Shown here one piece after another: positions 22,243 to 30,626 of a stretch of 56,251 nt of DNA. The DNA is from a bacterium (GTDB taxonomy: Bacteria; Ratteibacteria; UBA8468; B48-G9; JAFGKM01). The notes under the pieces are model-generated. The model had not been told where the DNA came from. It did not search any database and worked only from the letters and a program-made list of their open reading frames with translations. The first letter of the stretch is position 1. Every line of letters begins with the position of its first letter. The stretch is taken from contig DAOOVW010000002.1 of the NCBI GenBank assembly GCA_035370465.1, positions 12,939 to 69,189 on the forward strand. Direction: 5' to 3'. A program made the translations under genes and the position numbers.

Positions 22243-23096
22243 TTGATTTTCATACACATATTGGTAAATGTTTTTATGGAAGGAAAATACTTACTGGGAA
22301 AAAATTAGTTAAGAAAATGGATGAATTAGGAATTGAGAAGTCGGTTATATTGCCTATTGAAAATCCAGAAGAAACGCAATGGTATTCTACAACTGATTAT
22401 ATTTTAAGGGTCTCTAAAAGATATAAGGAAAGATTAATTCCTTTTTGTAATGTTGACCCAAGGAGAGGAATGAATAATGGAGAAGACCCATATATTGGAA
22501 AAATGATTGAAGAATATGTAAAAAAGGGATGTAATGGATTTGGAGAAGTTCTTGCAAATTTGGAGTTTAATGACAAAAGGATGAAGTATATTTATAGAAT
22601 TTGTGGTGAGTTAAAACTACCAGTTCTTTTTCATTTAGGTGGAGTTCCAGGGAAGTCAACAATTGGTTTAACTGATAAACTTGGACTACCATTTATGGAA
22701 GAAGTGTTAAGTGAATTTCCAGAAACACTTTTTATTGCACATGGTCCTGGCTGGTGGGCAGAAATTTCCTCAGATGTAAAAGAAAAAGATAGAGATGGAT
22801 ATCCAAAAGGAAAAATTGAGAAAGCAGGAAAGGTCTGCTATTTACTTGAAAATTATCCCAATATCTATGCTGACTTATCTGCTGGCAGTGCATATAATGC
22901 ATTAACGAGAGATAATGACTTTGGAATTGAGTTTTTAAAAAAACATTATAGAAAACTTCTATTTGCAACTGATTATCTATCTGTTGGTCAGGAACTTGAA
23001 ATTGTAGATTATATGAAAAATGTGAAAATTCCAGAAGAAATTAAAAAAATGGTCACAAAAGAAAATGCAAAAAAGATTTTGAAAATGGAGGGATGA
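22239..23096 (+). CDS. Amidohydrolase-2 type metal-dependent hydrolase (TIM barrel)
   Basis: N-terminal MIDFHTHIG, then LPVLFHLGG, FIAHGPGWW and LFATDY. The start overlaps the upstream stop (ATGA). Confidence 0.7.
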   Translation: MIDFHTHIGKCFYGRKILTGKKLVKKMDELGIEKSVILPIENPEETQWYSTTDYILRVSKRYKERLIPFCNVDPRRGMNNGEDPYIGKMIEEYVKKGCNGFGEVLANLEFNDKRMKYIYRICGELKLPVLFHLGGVPGKSTIGLTDKLGLPFMEEVLSEFPETLFIAHGPGWWAEISSDVKEKDRDGYPKGKIEKAGKVCYLLENYPNIYADLSAGSAYNALTRDNDFGIEFLKKHYRKLLFATDYLSVGQELEIVDYMKNVKIPEEIKKMVTKENAKKILKMEG

Positions 23097-23097
23097 A

Positions 23098-24417
23098 ATG
23101 GAAAAATTGGCAATTTTGGGAGGAGAGAAAGCAGTAAAAAATGAGAATGAAGAAATTTTTAAATGGCCCATAGTTAATAAAGAAATGGAAGATAAGGTAT
23201 TAGATGTTTTAAGGGCAGGAAAAATGTCAGAAACAGATATAACAATGGAATTTGAAAAAGAATATGCAAATTGGTATGGGATGAAATATGCATTAGGGAC
23301 AAATAATGGAACTGCTGCTTTACATTGTGCATTTTATGGAATTAGGATTGGTCCAGGAGATGAGGTTATATGTCCATCAGTTACCTATTGGGCTTCATGT
23401 ATACCTGTCTTATCACTTGGAGGAACAGTTGTTTTTGCAGATATTGACCCGGAAACATTAAGCGTTGACCCTGATGATATAGAAAGAAAAATTAGTGAGA
23501 AAACAAAATGTATAATTGTTGTTCATTATTGTGGGTATCCAGCAGATATGGATAGAATTATGAAAATAGCAGAGAAATATAAATTAAAAGTTGTTGAAGA
23601 TTGTTCTCACTCACATGGTTCCTTATATAAAGGGAAATTAACAGGGACATTTGGTGATGTATCTGCTTTTTCAATAATGAGTGGAAAGGCATTTGCAGTT
23701 GGAGAAGGTGGGATAATGCTAACAAATAACAGAGAAATTTATGAAAGAGGGATTGTTTTTGGACATTATGAAAGACATAATGAATTAACAATTGACTATT
23801 TAAAAGATGGAGCAGGGCTTCCGTGGGGTGGTTATAAATATAGGATGCATCAGATGTCATCAGCGGTTGGTCTTGTTCAAATAAAAAAATATAAAAAGGA
23901 GATGGAAGAAATAGATAAAGCAATGAATTATTTTTGGGATTTACTTGAAGGAGTTGCTGGTATCAGAGCATTAAGACCGCTAAAAAATTCCTCTCTTACG
24001 ATGGGTGGTTGGTATTCTGCAAAGGGAAAATATTATAGTGAAGAATTAGGTGGGTTATCTATTACAAAATTTTGTGAAGCAGCGAGAGCCGAAGGAGTAC
24101 CTTTAAGTCCTGGATGTAATAAACCATTACATACTCATCCTGTTTTTCAAAACATAGATATTTATAATGAAGGTAAACCAACAATAATATCAAAAGCAGC
24201 AAGAGATGTAAGAAAATTATATAAATCACTGCCTATATCAGAAGGTATAAATAAAAAAGTATTTTCAGTTCCATGGTTTAAAAAATTTGTACCTGAAATT
24301 ATTGAACAATATGCTTATGGAATAAAAAAAGTTGTAAGTAATTATAAGGAATTGTTGAAATATGATGAAGGGGACCCGGAAGAAATTGGTGGATGGAGTT
24401 TAACATTCCATAGGTAA
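23098..24417 (+). CDS. DegT/DnrJ/EryC1/StrS family PLP-dependent aminotransferase (copy 2)
   Basis: NNGTAALHCAF, IIVVHYCGYPADMD, VVEDCSHSHGS and FSIMSGKAFAVGEGGIM. The start lies 1 nt after the upstream stop. Confidence 0.85.
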   Translation: MEKLAILGGEKAVKNENEEIFKWPIVNKEMEDKVLDVLRAGKMSETDITMEFEKEYANWYGMKYALGTNNGTAALHCAFYGIRIGPGDEVICPSVTYWASCIPVLSLGGTVVFADIDPETLSVDPDDIERKISEKTKCIIVVHYCGYPADMDRIMKIAEKYKLKVVEDCSHSHGSLYKGKLTGTFGDVSAFSIMSGKAFAVGEGGIMLTNNREIYERGIVFGHYERHNELTIDYLKDGAGLPWGGYKYRMHQMSSAVGLVQIKKYKKEMEEIDKAMNYFWDLLEGVAGIRALRPLKNSSLTMGGWYSAKGKYYSEELGGLSITKFCEAARAEGVPLSPGCNKPLHTHPVFQNIDIYNEGKPTIISKAARDVRKLYKSLPISEGINKKVFSVPWFKKFVPEIIEQYAYGIKKVVSNYKELLKYDEGDPEEIGGWSLTFHR

Positions 24418-24537
24418 TTTATAATACAAGTTGAAAAAACACAAATAAAAAAGGAAAAAGTAGCAGGATAAGAAGATAAAAAATAAGTCATTAGGATGTT
24501 GTTATGGAGTGCTTGCTACTGAAATATAAGATGCTTA

Positions 24538-24830
24538 GGTAGTGTCAAAAATAGATGAAAAAGAGATGAAAGAGAAAAAACACTCTTCAAATCCCCCTCA
24601 ATCCCCGTTGTGCCTATTGAAATACATTACAGCACCAACTCTGTGTGCTAAACTTTGCAACTTTAGTCAGTTTACTAAAGGGGGAAGTAATGAGGGAAAT
24701 ACTCCTTCCCTTTATAAGGGAAGGAGGGCTCGCCCGTAGGGCTATGCCCGAGGGGATGGATTTCAACTTTTCACATTTCACCTGTCTTTGTGAGAAAATG
24801 TAAGGTGAATTTGGGGAGATAATTTTGGCA
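24538..24830 (+). repeat. Composite modular repeat, copy A (L arm + 1 core unit + R arm)
   Basis: L arm GGTAGTGTCAAAAATAGATGAAA starts at 24538. The core spans 24590-24763 (AAATCCCCCTCA..CCCCGTTGTGCC..GCACCAACTCTG..TTTAGTCAGTTTACTAAAGGGGGAA..CTCCTTCCC-TTTATA-AGGGAAGGAG..GGGGATGGATTT). The R arm ends in AATTTTGGCA at 24830. It is homologous to the copies at 30.3, 44.3, 51.3 and 54.8 kb. Confidence 0.9.
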
Positions 24831-24859
24831 ATACCCAAATAAAAAGCAGGAGAGAAAAA

Positions 24860-25684
24860 ATGAAAATATATATAATGACTGATTTGGAAGGAGTTGCAGG
24901 AGTACTTGATTTTGATAATTGGTGTAGTCCTGAAAGTAGATATTATGAGGTAGCAAAAGAGTTTCTAACAATGGAAGTAAATTCAGCAGTTGAAGGATTT
25001 TTTGAAGGAGGAATAAAAGAAATAGTTGTTGCTGATGGGCATGGTCCAGGTGGAATAAATCCAAAACTTCTTGATAAAAGAGTAAAACTTTTAAGAGGAT
25101 GGCAAAAGTGGCCATTATTATTGGATAAGTCGTATGATTTTGTTGCTTTTGTGGGACAACATGCTAAATCAAGAACAGAATTTGCTCATATAGCACATAC
25201 ACAAAGTTTTTCATATTTTGAAATGAGAATAAATGATATAGCAATTGGAGAATTTGGGCAATTTTCTATGTGTGCAAGTGAATTGGGAGTAAGGACAATA
25301 TTTGCATCAGGAGATAAAGCATTATGTAAAGAAGCAGAAGAACTTATTCCTGGAATTGTGACTATCACTGTAAAAGAAGGAACTACACCAGGAAAAGGTG
25401 ATGAGTGTCCAAGAGAAGCATATCGCAGAAGAAATAATGCTGCTATTCATTTACATTCAGAGAAAGCAAGAGAATTAATAAAAAAAACAGCGTATAAAGC
25501 AATAAAAAAAGCAATTGAATATCCGGACTGGGGAATTATTCCGTTAAAAGCCCCTTTTAAAAGAGTTGTTATATTTAGACCAGACCAAGATTTTGGTAAA
25601 AGAATATCAATAGAGGAACATTCAAGTAGTGTTATAGAGGTAATGAACATGCCTTATAACCCAAAAAACTATGATGAAATTTAA
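24860..25684 (+). CDS. Peptidase M55 (DppA-type D-aminopeptidase) family protein (copy 2)
   Basis: MKIYIMTDLEGVAGVLDFD, VADGHGPGG and GEFGQFSMCASELGVRTIFASGDKALCKEA. It is a paralog of 17963..18751. Confidence 0.8.
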   Translation: MKIYIMTDLEGVAGVLDFDNWCSPESRYYEVAKEFLTMEVNSAVEGFFEGGIKEIVVADGHGPGGINPKLLDKRVKLLRGWQKWPLLLDKSYDFVAFVGQHAKSRTEFAHIAHTQSFSYFEMRINDIAIGEFGQFSMCASELGVRTIFASGDKALCKEAEELIPGIVTITVKEGTTPGKGDECPREAYRRRNNAAIHLHSEKARELIKKTAYKAIKKAIEYPDWGIIPLKAPFKRVVIFRPDQDFGKRISIEEHSSSVIEVMNMPYNPKNYDEI

Positions 25685-25692
25685 TAAAATAA

Positions 25693-26280
25693 ATGGAATA
25701 TTTTGAAAAAATATTAGAAAACGCTTTATTTTTATTAATAGTAATAAATCCTGTAAGTAAAATTTTAATAATAAATTCATTAATAGACGAAGGAAAACAA
25801 TTTATAAAAAATATTTCAGTTAAGTCATCTTATACAGGACTGATAATTCTTATAATTTTTGCAGTTGGAGGTAATTTTATTTTAAGAAATATTTTTAGAA
25901 TAAACATTTATTCCCTTCAAATAGCAGGGGGAATTATACTTTTTCTCTTTGGACTAAATGCCTTATTAAAAGGGGGATTTGGAATAGATGAGACAAAAGA
26001 TACAGAAGAAATTGCAATGATTACTCTTGCTTCAATGATAGCAGGACCAGGGACAATAACTGCAACTATTTCTTTATCTGCTGTTTATGGAGTAATTTCA
26101 GTATGTATTTCAATTATTCTGGCTGTCTTTATAAATTTTATTTTGATGATATATTCAATTGAAATAGGAAAGTTATTAGGAAAAAATTTATTAGGTCCAC
26201 TTGTAAGATTAACTGGTTTTTTTATCTCAAGTATTGGAATGAATATGGCTTTTACTGGAATTAAGGAATTTTTAAAATAA
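25693..26280 (+). CDS. MarC family (UPF0056) integral membrane protein
   Basis: About 195 aa with six hydrophobic segments. It has an N-terminal NPVSKILI motif and a second GPGTITATI motif typical of the MarC family. Confidence 0.7.
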   Translation: MEYFEKILENALFLLIVINPVSKILIINSLIDEGKQFIKNISVKSSYTGLIILIIFAVGGNFILRNIFRINIYSLQIAGGIILFLFGLNALLKGGFGIDETKDTEEIAMITLASMIAGPGTITATISLSAVYGVISVCISIILAVFINFILMIYSIEIGKLLGKNLLGPLVRLTGFFISSIGMNMAFTGIKEFLK

Positions 26281-26314
26281 AAAGAAGCATCAAAACTTTT
26301 GAAAGGAGATTAAA

Positions 26315-27628
26315 ATGGAAGAATTATTATGTGGTATAAGTAAAGTAGATATAACTCCACCGGTTGGATATTATCTTCAAGGTCATTCAGGTAGAAATAA
26401 GCCATCTAAAAAAGTCCATGACCCTTTATATTTAAAATTAGTTTGTCTTTCCGATAAGAAAACGACATTATATATTTTAAGTTCAGACCTTATTGGTTTT
26501 TCTGAAGAATTCGTCCATAATACAAGGGAAGAATTAAAAAATAAGTTAAAAATATCTCCTGAAAATTTTCTTTTTACTTCATCTCATACACATACAGGGC
26601 CATTTATTGAAAGCACTTATGGGGGTAAAGATAAAGTTGACCCTGACTACTTAAAAATTTTGCAGAAAAAAATAGTCGGTGCTGCCATTGAATCAAGAGG
26701 AAATATGGAAAAAGTAAATGTAAGGGTAGGAAAAGGCAAGGTTAATATTGGCATTGTTAACAGAAGGAAAAAAACAAAAAAAGGTGTATATATGATGCCA
26801 AATTTTGAAGGTCCAATTGATGAAGATGTCTCAGTAATAAAATTTGAGAAAAAAGATGGAACTTCAAAAGTAATTTTATTTAACTATACATGTCATCCAA
26901 CAACTTTATCAACTAAAATATATGAAATTTCTGCAGATTATCCAGGTGTAGCACAAAGGGAAATTGAAAAATCTTATTCGGGCTGTCTTGCTATGTTCAC
27001 AAATGGATGTTGTGGAGATGTCAGACCTGCTCTTGTTGAAAATGGTCAATTTATAGGGGGAAATTTTGAAGATATTGAAAGAATGGGAAAAATTTTATTT
27101 GGAGAGGTTATAAAAGTTAGCGAAAAAAGTATATCACTAAAAGAGGTTAAATTGAATAGTAAAATTGTTAACTTTAAATTTCAACTTGAAGATAAATTAA
27201 TACCTAAAAATATAAAACATCTTGAAGAGATTGTTCAAAGTTATAAAAAACAATTTTCATATTTTGGACCTGATATAATAGAGGAGTGGAAAGAAGATAT
27301 GAGAGGAAGAATTGAAAAGGGAGAAAAATTAAATAATTACATTGAAGGTTATTTACAATTTATCAAAATTGGGGATATTTTTATTTTAGGATTACCAGGA
27401 GAAATTATGGTAGAAATAGGAATTAAATTGAAAGAAAAAATAGGGAAAAATCTTATTATATTTGGCTATTCAAATGGGCTAATAGGTTATGTTCCAACTG
27501 CAAATGGAATAAAAGAAGGTGGATATGAAGCAGGGTCTTTCCTTTATCATAAATATCCAGCACCTTATTCAGAAAAAATGGAGAGCGATTTAATAAATGA
27601 AGTAATAAATCAGTTTAAGAAATTTTGA
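26315..27628 (+). CDS. Neutral/alkaline ceramidase-like hydrolase family protein
   Basis: The N-terminus GISKVDITPPVGYYLQGHSGRNKPS..VHDPLYLK, then SSHTHTGP and YTCHPT, resemble the N-terminal domain of the neutral/alkaline non-lysosomal ceramidase family. Confidence 0.5.
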   Translation: MEELLCGISKVDITPPVGYYLQGHSGRNKPSKKVHDPLYLKLVCLSDKKTTLYILSSDLIGFSEEFVHNTREELKNKLKISPENFLFTSSHTHTGPFIESTYGGKDKVDPDYLKILQKKIVGAAIESRGNMEKVNVRVGKGKVNIGIVNRRKKTKKGVYMMPNFEGPIDEDVSVIKFEKKDGTSKVILFNYTCHPTTLSTKIYEISADYPGVAQREIEKSYSGCLAMFTNGCCGDVRPALVENGQFIGGNFEDIERMGKILFGEVIKVSEKSISLKEVKLNSKIVNFKFQLEDKLIPKNIKHLEEIVQSYKKQFSYFGPDIIEEWKEDMRGRIEKGEKLNNYIEGYLQFIKIGDIFILGLPGEIMVEIGIKLKEKIGKNLIIFGYSNGLIGYVPTANGIKEGGYEAGSFLYHKYPAPYSEKMESDLINEVINQFKKF

Positions 27629-27680
27629 AAATTCAGATAATATTATCCAATTACAATAGTTAAAAATATAAGTGCATAGA

Positions 27681-28877
27681 ATGGAAAGAAAGGGCATTGC
27701 TTTTCTGCAAAAAAAACATAATAAATTGTTTGGGAAAAATAAGTCATATCTTATAAAAGTGCCATTAAGAATATCCCCTCTTGGTGCTCATATTGACCAT
27801 CAATTAGGAATTGTTTCCGGGATGACTATTGATAAATATATATTTTTTTTATTTAGCAAAAACAATAGTAAGAATGTTAAAATTTATAGTGAAAATTATA
27901 ATGACTTTGTTGAATTTTCAATAAATAAAAATTTTAAAAAAGAAAATAGATGGTCCGATTATATAAAAGGTGCTGCTCATATTCTTAAAGAAAAATTTAG
28001 AATCAAAAACGGTATAAATGGAGTTGTTTATGGAGAAATATCAACAGGTGGTTTAAGTTCCTCCGCTGCAACCGGGATTTCTTATCTTCTTGCACTTGAA
28101 AAAGTTAATGAAATTGTAGTTGATAAAACAGAAAATATCTCATTGATGCAAAAAATAGAAAATGAATTTATCGGATTAAATAATGGAATTTTAGACCAAT
28201 CAGTTATACTATTAAATTCCTTACATCCGCAATCTCTAATTTTTATTGACTGCAAATCTGGAAAATATAGGAATGTAATTCCAAAGAAGAAATTTGACTT
28301 TCAAATACTTATTGTCCACTCAGGGGTTAATAGAACCCTTTTAAATACAAACTATAATGAAAGAGTTAGTGAGTGTGAAGAAGCAGGAAAAATACTTTTA
28401 AAATTTGCAGGTAAAAAAATAAAAAAAAATATAAAATTAAGGGATGTTAAAAAAGAATATTTTGAAAAATTTAAAGATAAATTACCCGAAAACTTAAAGA
28501 AAAGGGCAACACATTTTTATTCAGAAATTGAAAGAGTTAAAAAAGGAGTTAAATACTGGGAGAAAGGAGAAATAGAGAAATTTGGCAAATTAATGAAAAT
28601 GTCTGGTGAAAGTTCAATAAAAAATTATGAGTGTGGAATACCCGAAACAATCCAATTACATGACATTTTAAACTCTATTCCAGAAATTTATGGAGCAAGA
28701 TTTAGTGGTGCTGGATTTGGTGGGAGTTGTATAGCATTAACAAAAGGTAATATTGAAAGGGAACAAATAATTGTGAACATTGAAAAAAAATATATACCAA
28801 AATTTCCTGAGTTAAAAGATAAATACAAGATATTTTTTACTAATCACGGGAGAAAACCAGAAATATTTGAATTATAA
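27681..28877 (+). CDS. galK: Galactokinase-family GHMP sugar kinase
   Basis: Galactokinase signature PLRISPLGAHIDHQLG, GHMP motif GGLSSSAATG, and C-terminal SGAGFGGSCIAL. I prefer the ATG at 27681 over the listed GTG at 27672. Confidence 0.75.
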   Translation: MERKGIAFLQKKHNKLFGKNKSYLIKVPLRISPLGAHIDHQLGIVSGMTIDKYIFFLFSKNNSKNVKIYSENYNDFVEFSINKNFKKENRWSDYIKGAAHILKEKFRIKNGINGVVYGEISTGGLSSSAATGISYLLALEKVNEIVVDKTENISLMQKIENEFIGLNNGILDQSVILLNSLHPQSLIFIDCKSGKYRNVIPKKKFDFQILIVHSGVNRTLLNTNYNERVSECEEAGKILLKFAGKKIKKNIKLRDVKKEYFEKFKDKLPENLKKRATHFYSEIERVKKGVKYWEKGEIEKFGKLMKMSGESSIKNYECGIPETIQLHDILNSIPEIYGARFSGAGFGGSCIALTKGNIEREQIIVNIEKKYIPKFPELKDKYKIFFTNHGRKPEIFEL

Positions 28878-28896
28878 TATAATTACTCCATCCATA

Positions 28897-30180
28897 TTAA
28901 CTTTGTTTTACTTCTTTTTTGTATAATTGGTCAATATCAGGAACTTTACCATTTTTTAGTTTGTATAACACTTCCCCTGCTTTTTCAACTACAAGTATTC
29001 CTTCATTTTCCCTGTTTTTATAATTTTCTCTGTCCAGAGTATCAGGATTAATATATCCCAAATTTATTTTCCGGCATATTTCTTCACTTATTCCTGTTGC
29101 AAGAATTACTTCAATTCTCGGTTTTTCAATTCCATCTATAAAAGTCCCTATTCCTTTAACATGTGTTGAATGAGCAAGAATACAACCAGGATAATTTTTA
29201 AATTTCTCCCATTGTTTTAGAAAATAATCTCTTGTATGATAACCAACTTCTTCTAAATATTTTCCGTGAGTATATGACACAACATTTATATGAGGAGCAA
29301 AAATAATAAGTTTTCCTCCATCAGCAACAACTGGTTCAAGTTTATACATACATTTTCCTGCTGTCCATATATCATCATACATAGGTGGTGCAACTGAAAT
29401 TACCATATTAAATGGCATATCAACATATTTTATATTTATTTTTGAAGAAAGTTGTGCTGCTTTTTCCCAGTCATCTGTATCACCAGCAAAAACACCGTAA
29501 ATTAAGTTTTCATTTACTACATAGTTTATTAAATGAACTTTTTTATTTATAAATGAAGCTGCAATATTTATTACATCTCGGACAGGTGTTTTTATTACTC
29601 CATTTATTTTAGGATTTGTTATTAAAGCTCCTAACCAGTGGAATTTATGTAAAAATTCAGGACCGCAAATTCCTGGAAAAAAATACTTATAACCACCTGA
29701 AAAACCAACAACTTCATGGGGAAAAACAGGACCGGAAATAATTATTTCATCATATTGAAAGATTTTTCTATTTATTCTAACAGGAATATTTTCATTTAAA
29801 AGGGTGCTTATATATTCTCCCATCTGTTGTTTATTTATTATACCGATTTCTTCAAGTGCCTCTGAATTATTCCACTGGTGCTGGAAAATTTCTGTTTCTT
29901 CATTTCCTTTTATATCTAAAAATTCTCTTATTTTTTCATCAGACATTTCTGGATGTGTTCCAAGTGCAATCATAAAATCAATTTTTTTTACTTTCTTTTT
30001 TAGAATATCTAAAATTGAATGAAAAAAAAGAGCAGTTGGTCCTGACCTTGTTGTATCAGGAATTATCACAAGGACCTTTTTATTAGAAAAATCATTTTCT
30101 TTTGTTAAATAATTTTCCAAAATTTTTCTTATTTCCTCTTCACTAATTATTCTATTTACCTCTCCTTTACCTGTTCCCAT
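28897..30180 (-). CDS. LarA-like (nickel-pincer dependent lactate racemase family, DUF2088) protein
   Basis: VLVIIPDTTRSGP, ALGTHPEMS and PHEVVGFSGGYKYFFPGI match the LarA pattern (D.TR, G.H, H...GFSGG.K...PG). The 427-aa length is typical. Confidence 0.65.
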   Translation of the reverse strand: MGTGKGEVNRIISEEEIRKILENYLTKENDFSNKKVLVIIPDTTRSGPTALFFHSILDILKKKVKKIDFMIALGTHPEMSDEKIREFLDIKGNEETEIFQHQWNNSEALEEIGIINKQQMGEYISTLLNENIPVRINRKIFQYDEIIISGPVFPHEVVGFSGGYKYFFPGICGPEFLHKFHWLGALITNPKINGVIKTPVRDVINIAASFINKKVHLINYVVNENLIYGVFAGDTDDWEKAAQLSSKINIKYVDMPFNMVISVAPPMYDDIWTAGKCMYKLEPVVADGGKLIIFAPHINVVSYTHGKYLEEVGYHTRDYFLKQWEKFKNYPGCILAHSTHVKGIGTFIDGIEKPRIEVILATGISEEICRKINLGYINPDTLDRENYKNRENEGILVVEKAGEVLYKLKNGKVPDIDQLYKKEVKQS

Positions 30181-30265
30181 ATCTACCTCGTTTTTATTTA
30201 ATATGGTACTTCCAAAAATCTCGTCTTATTTGCAATGTTTTGTGGTTAATCTTTGGGCGGATATA

Positions 30266-30622
30266 AAAATCCCCCTCACTCCCGTTGTACTATCTGAAGG
30301 ACAATAACACACCAACTCTGCTTTGCTAATCATCCCCTCTTTTGTCGGGCTGTCAAAGGGGGAACATTTGTCTCCTTCCTTTATAAAAGGAAGGTGGGGA
30401 TGGATTTCCTGTAATTTCCTTAAATCCCCCTCTCTCCCCGTTGTGCTATCTGGAAAATCTCCCCTAACCCCTCTTTACGAAAGAGGGGTGTATTTTGGAA
30501 TAACGCACCAACTCTGCTTTTCTACCCTTTGCTTCTTTAGTCGGTTTGTTAAAGAGGAAATACACCTTCCCTTAAGAGAAGGAATGCTCGCCCGTAAGCT
30601 CCTCGCTTTTAGCTACGCATCC
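30266..30622 (+). repeat. Modular repeat, copy B (two tandem core units, no outer arms)
   Basis: Unit 1 spans 30266-30407 and unit 2 spans 30420-30622. Both show the box order CCCGTTGT(A/G)C..CACCAACTCTG..GTCGG..AAAG(G/A)GGAA..CCTTCC hairpin. Unit 2 carries an extra nested hairpin, CCCCTCTTT-ACGA-AAGAGGGG (30468-30488). The repeat ends 4 nt from the gnd stop codon. Confidence 0.85.
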
Positions 30623-30626
30623 TAAT

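Noticed and set aside
24542-24838. ORFs 24542..24739 (+) and 24614..24838 (-) with peptides such as ...CLLKYITAPTLCAKLCNFSQFTKGG...
   Set aside because: They are translations of repeat copy A on both strands. The same strings recur at the other repeat loci only because the DNA is repeated. Copies differ by non-triplet indels, and there is no RBS.
24771-25115. ORF 24771..25115 (-), 114 aa
   Set aside because: It is antisense to the well-supported M55 peptidase copy 2 and extends into the repeat R arm.
30323-30625. ORF 30323..30625 (+), 100 aa
   Set aside because: It lies entirely within tandem repeat copy B. The frame is not conserved in other copies, and there is no RBS.
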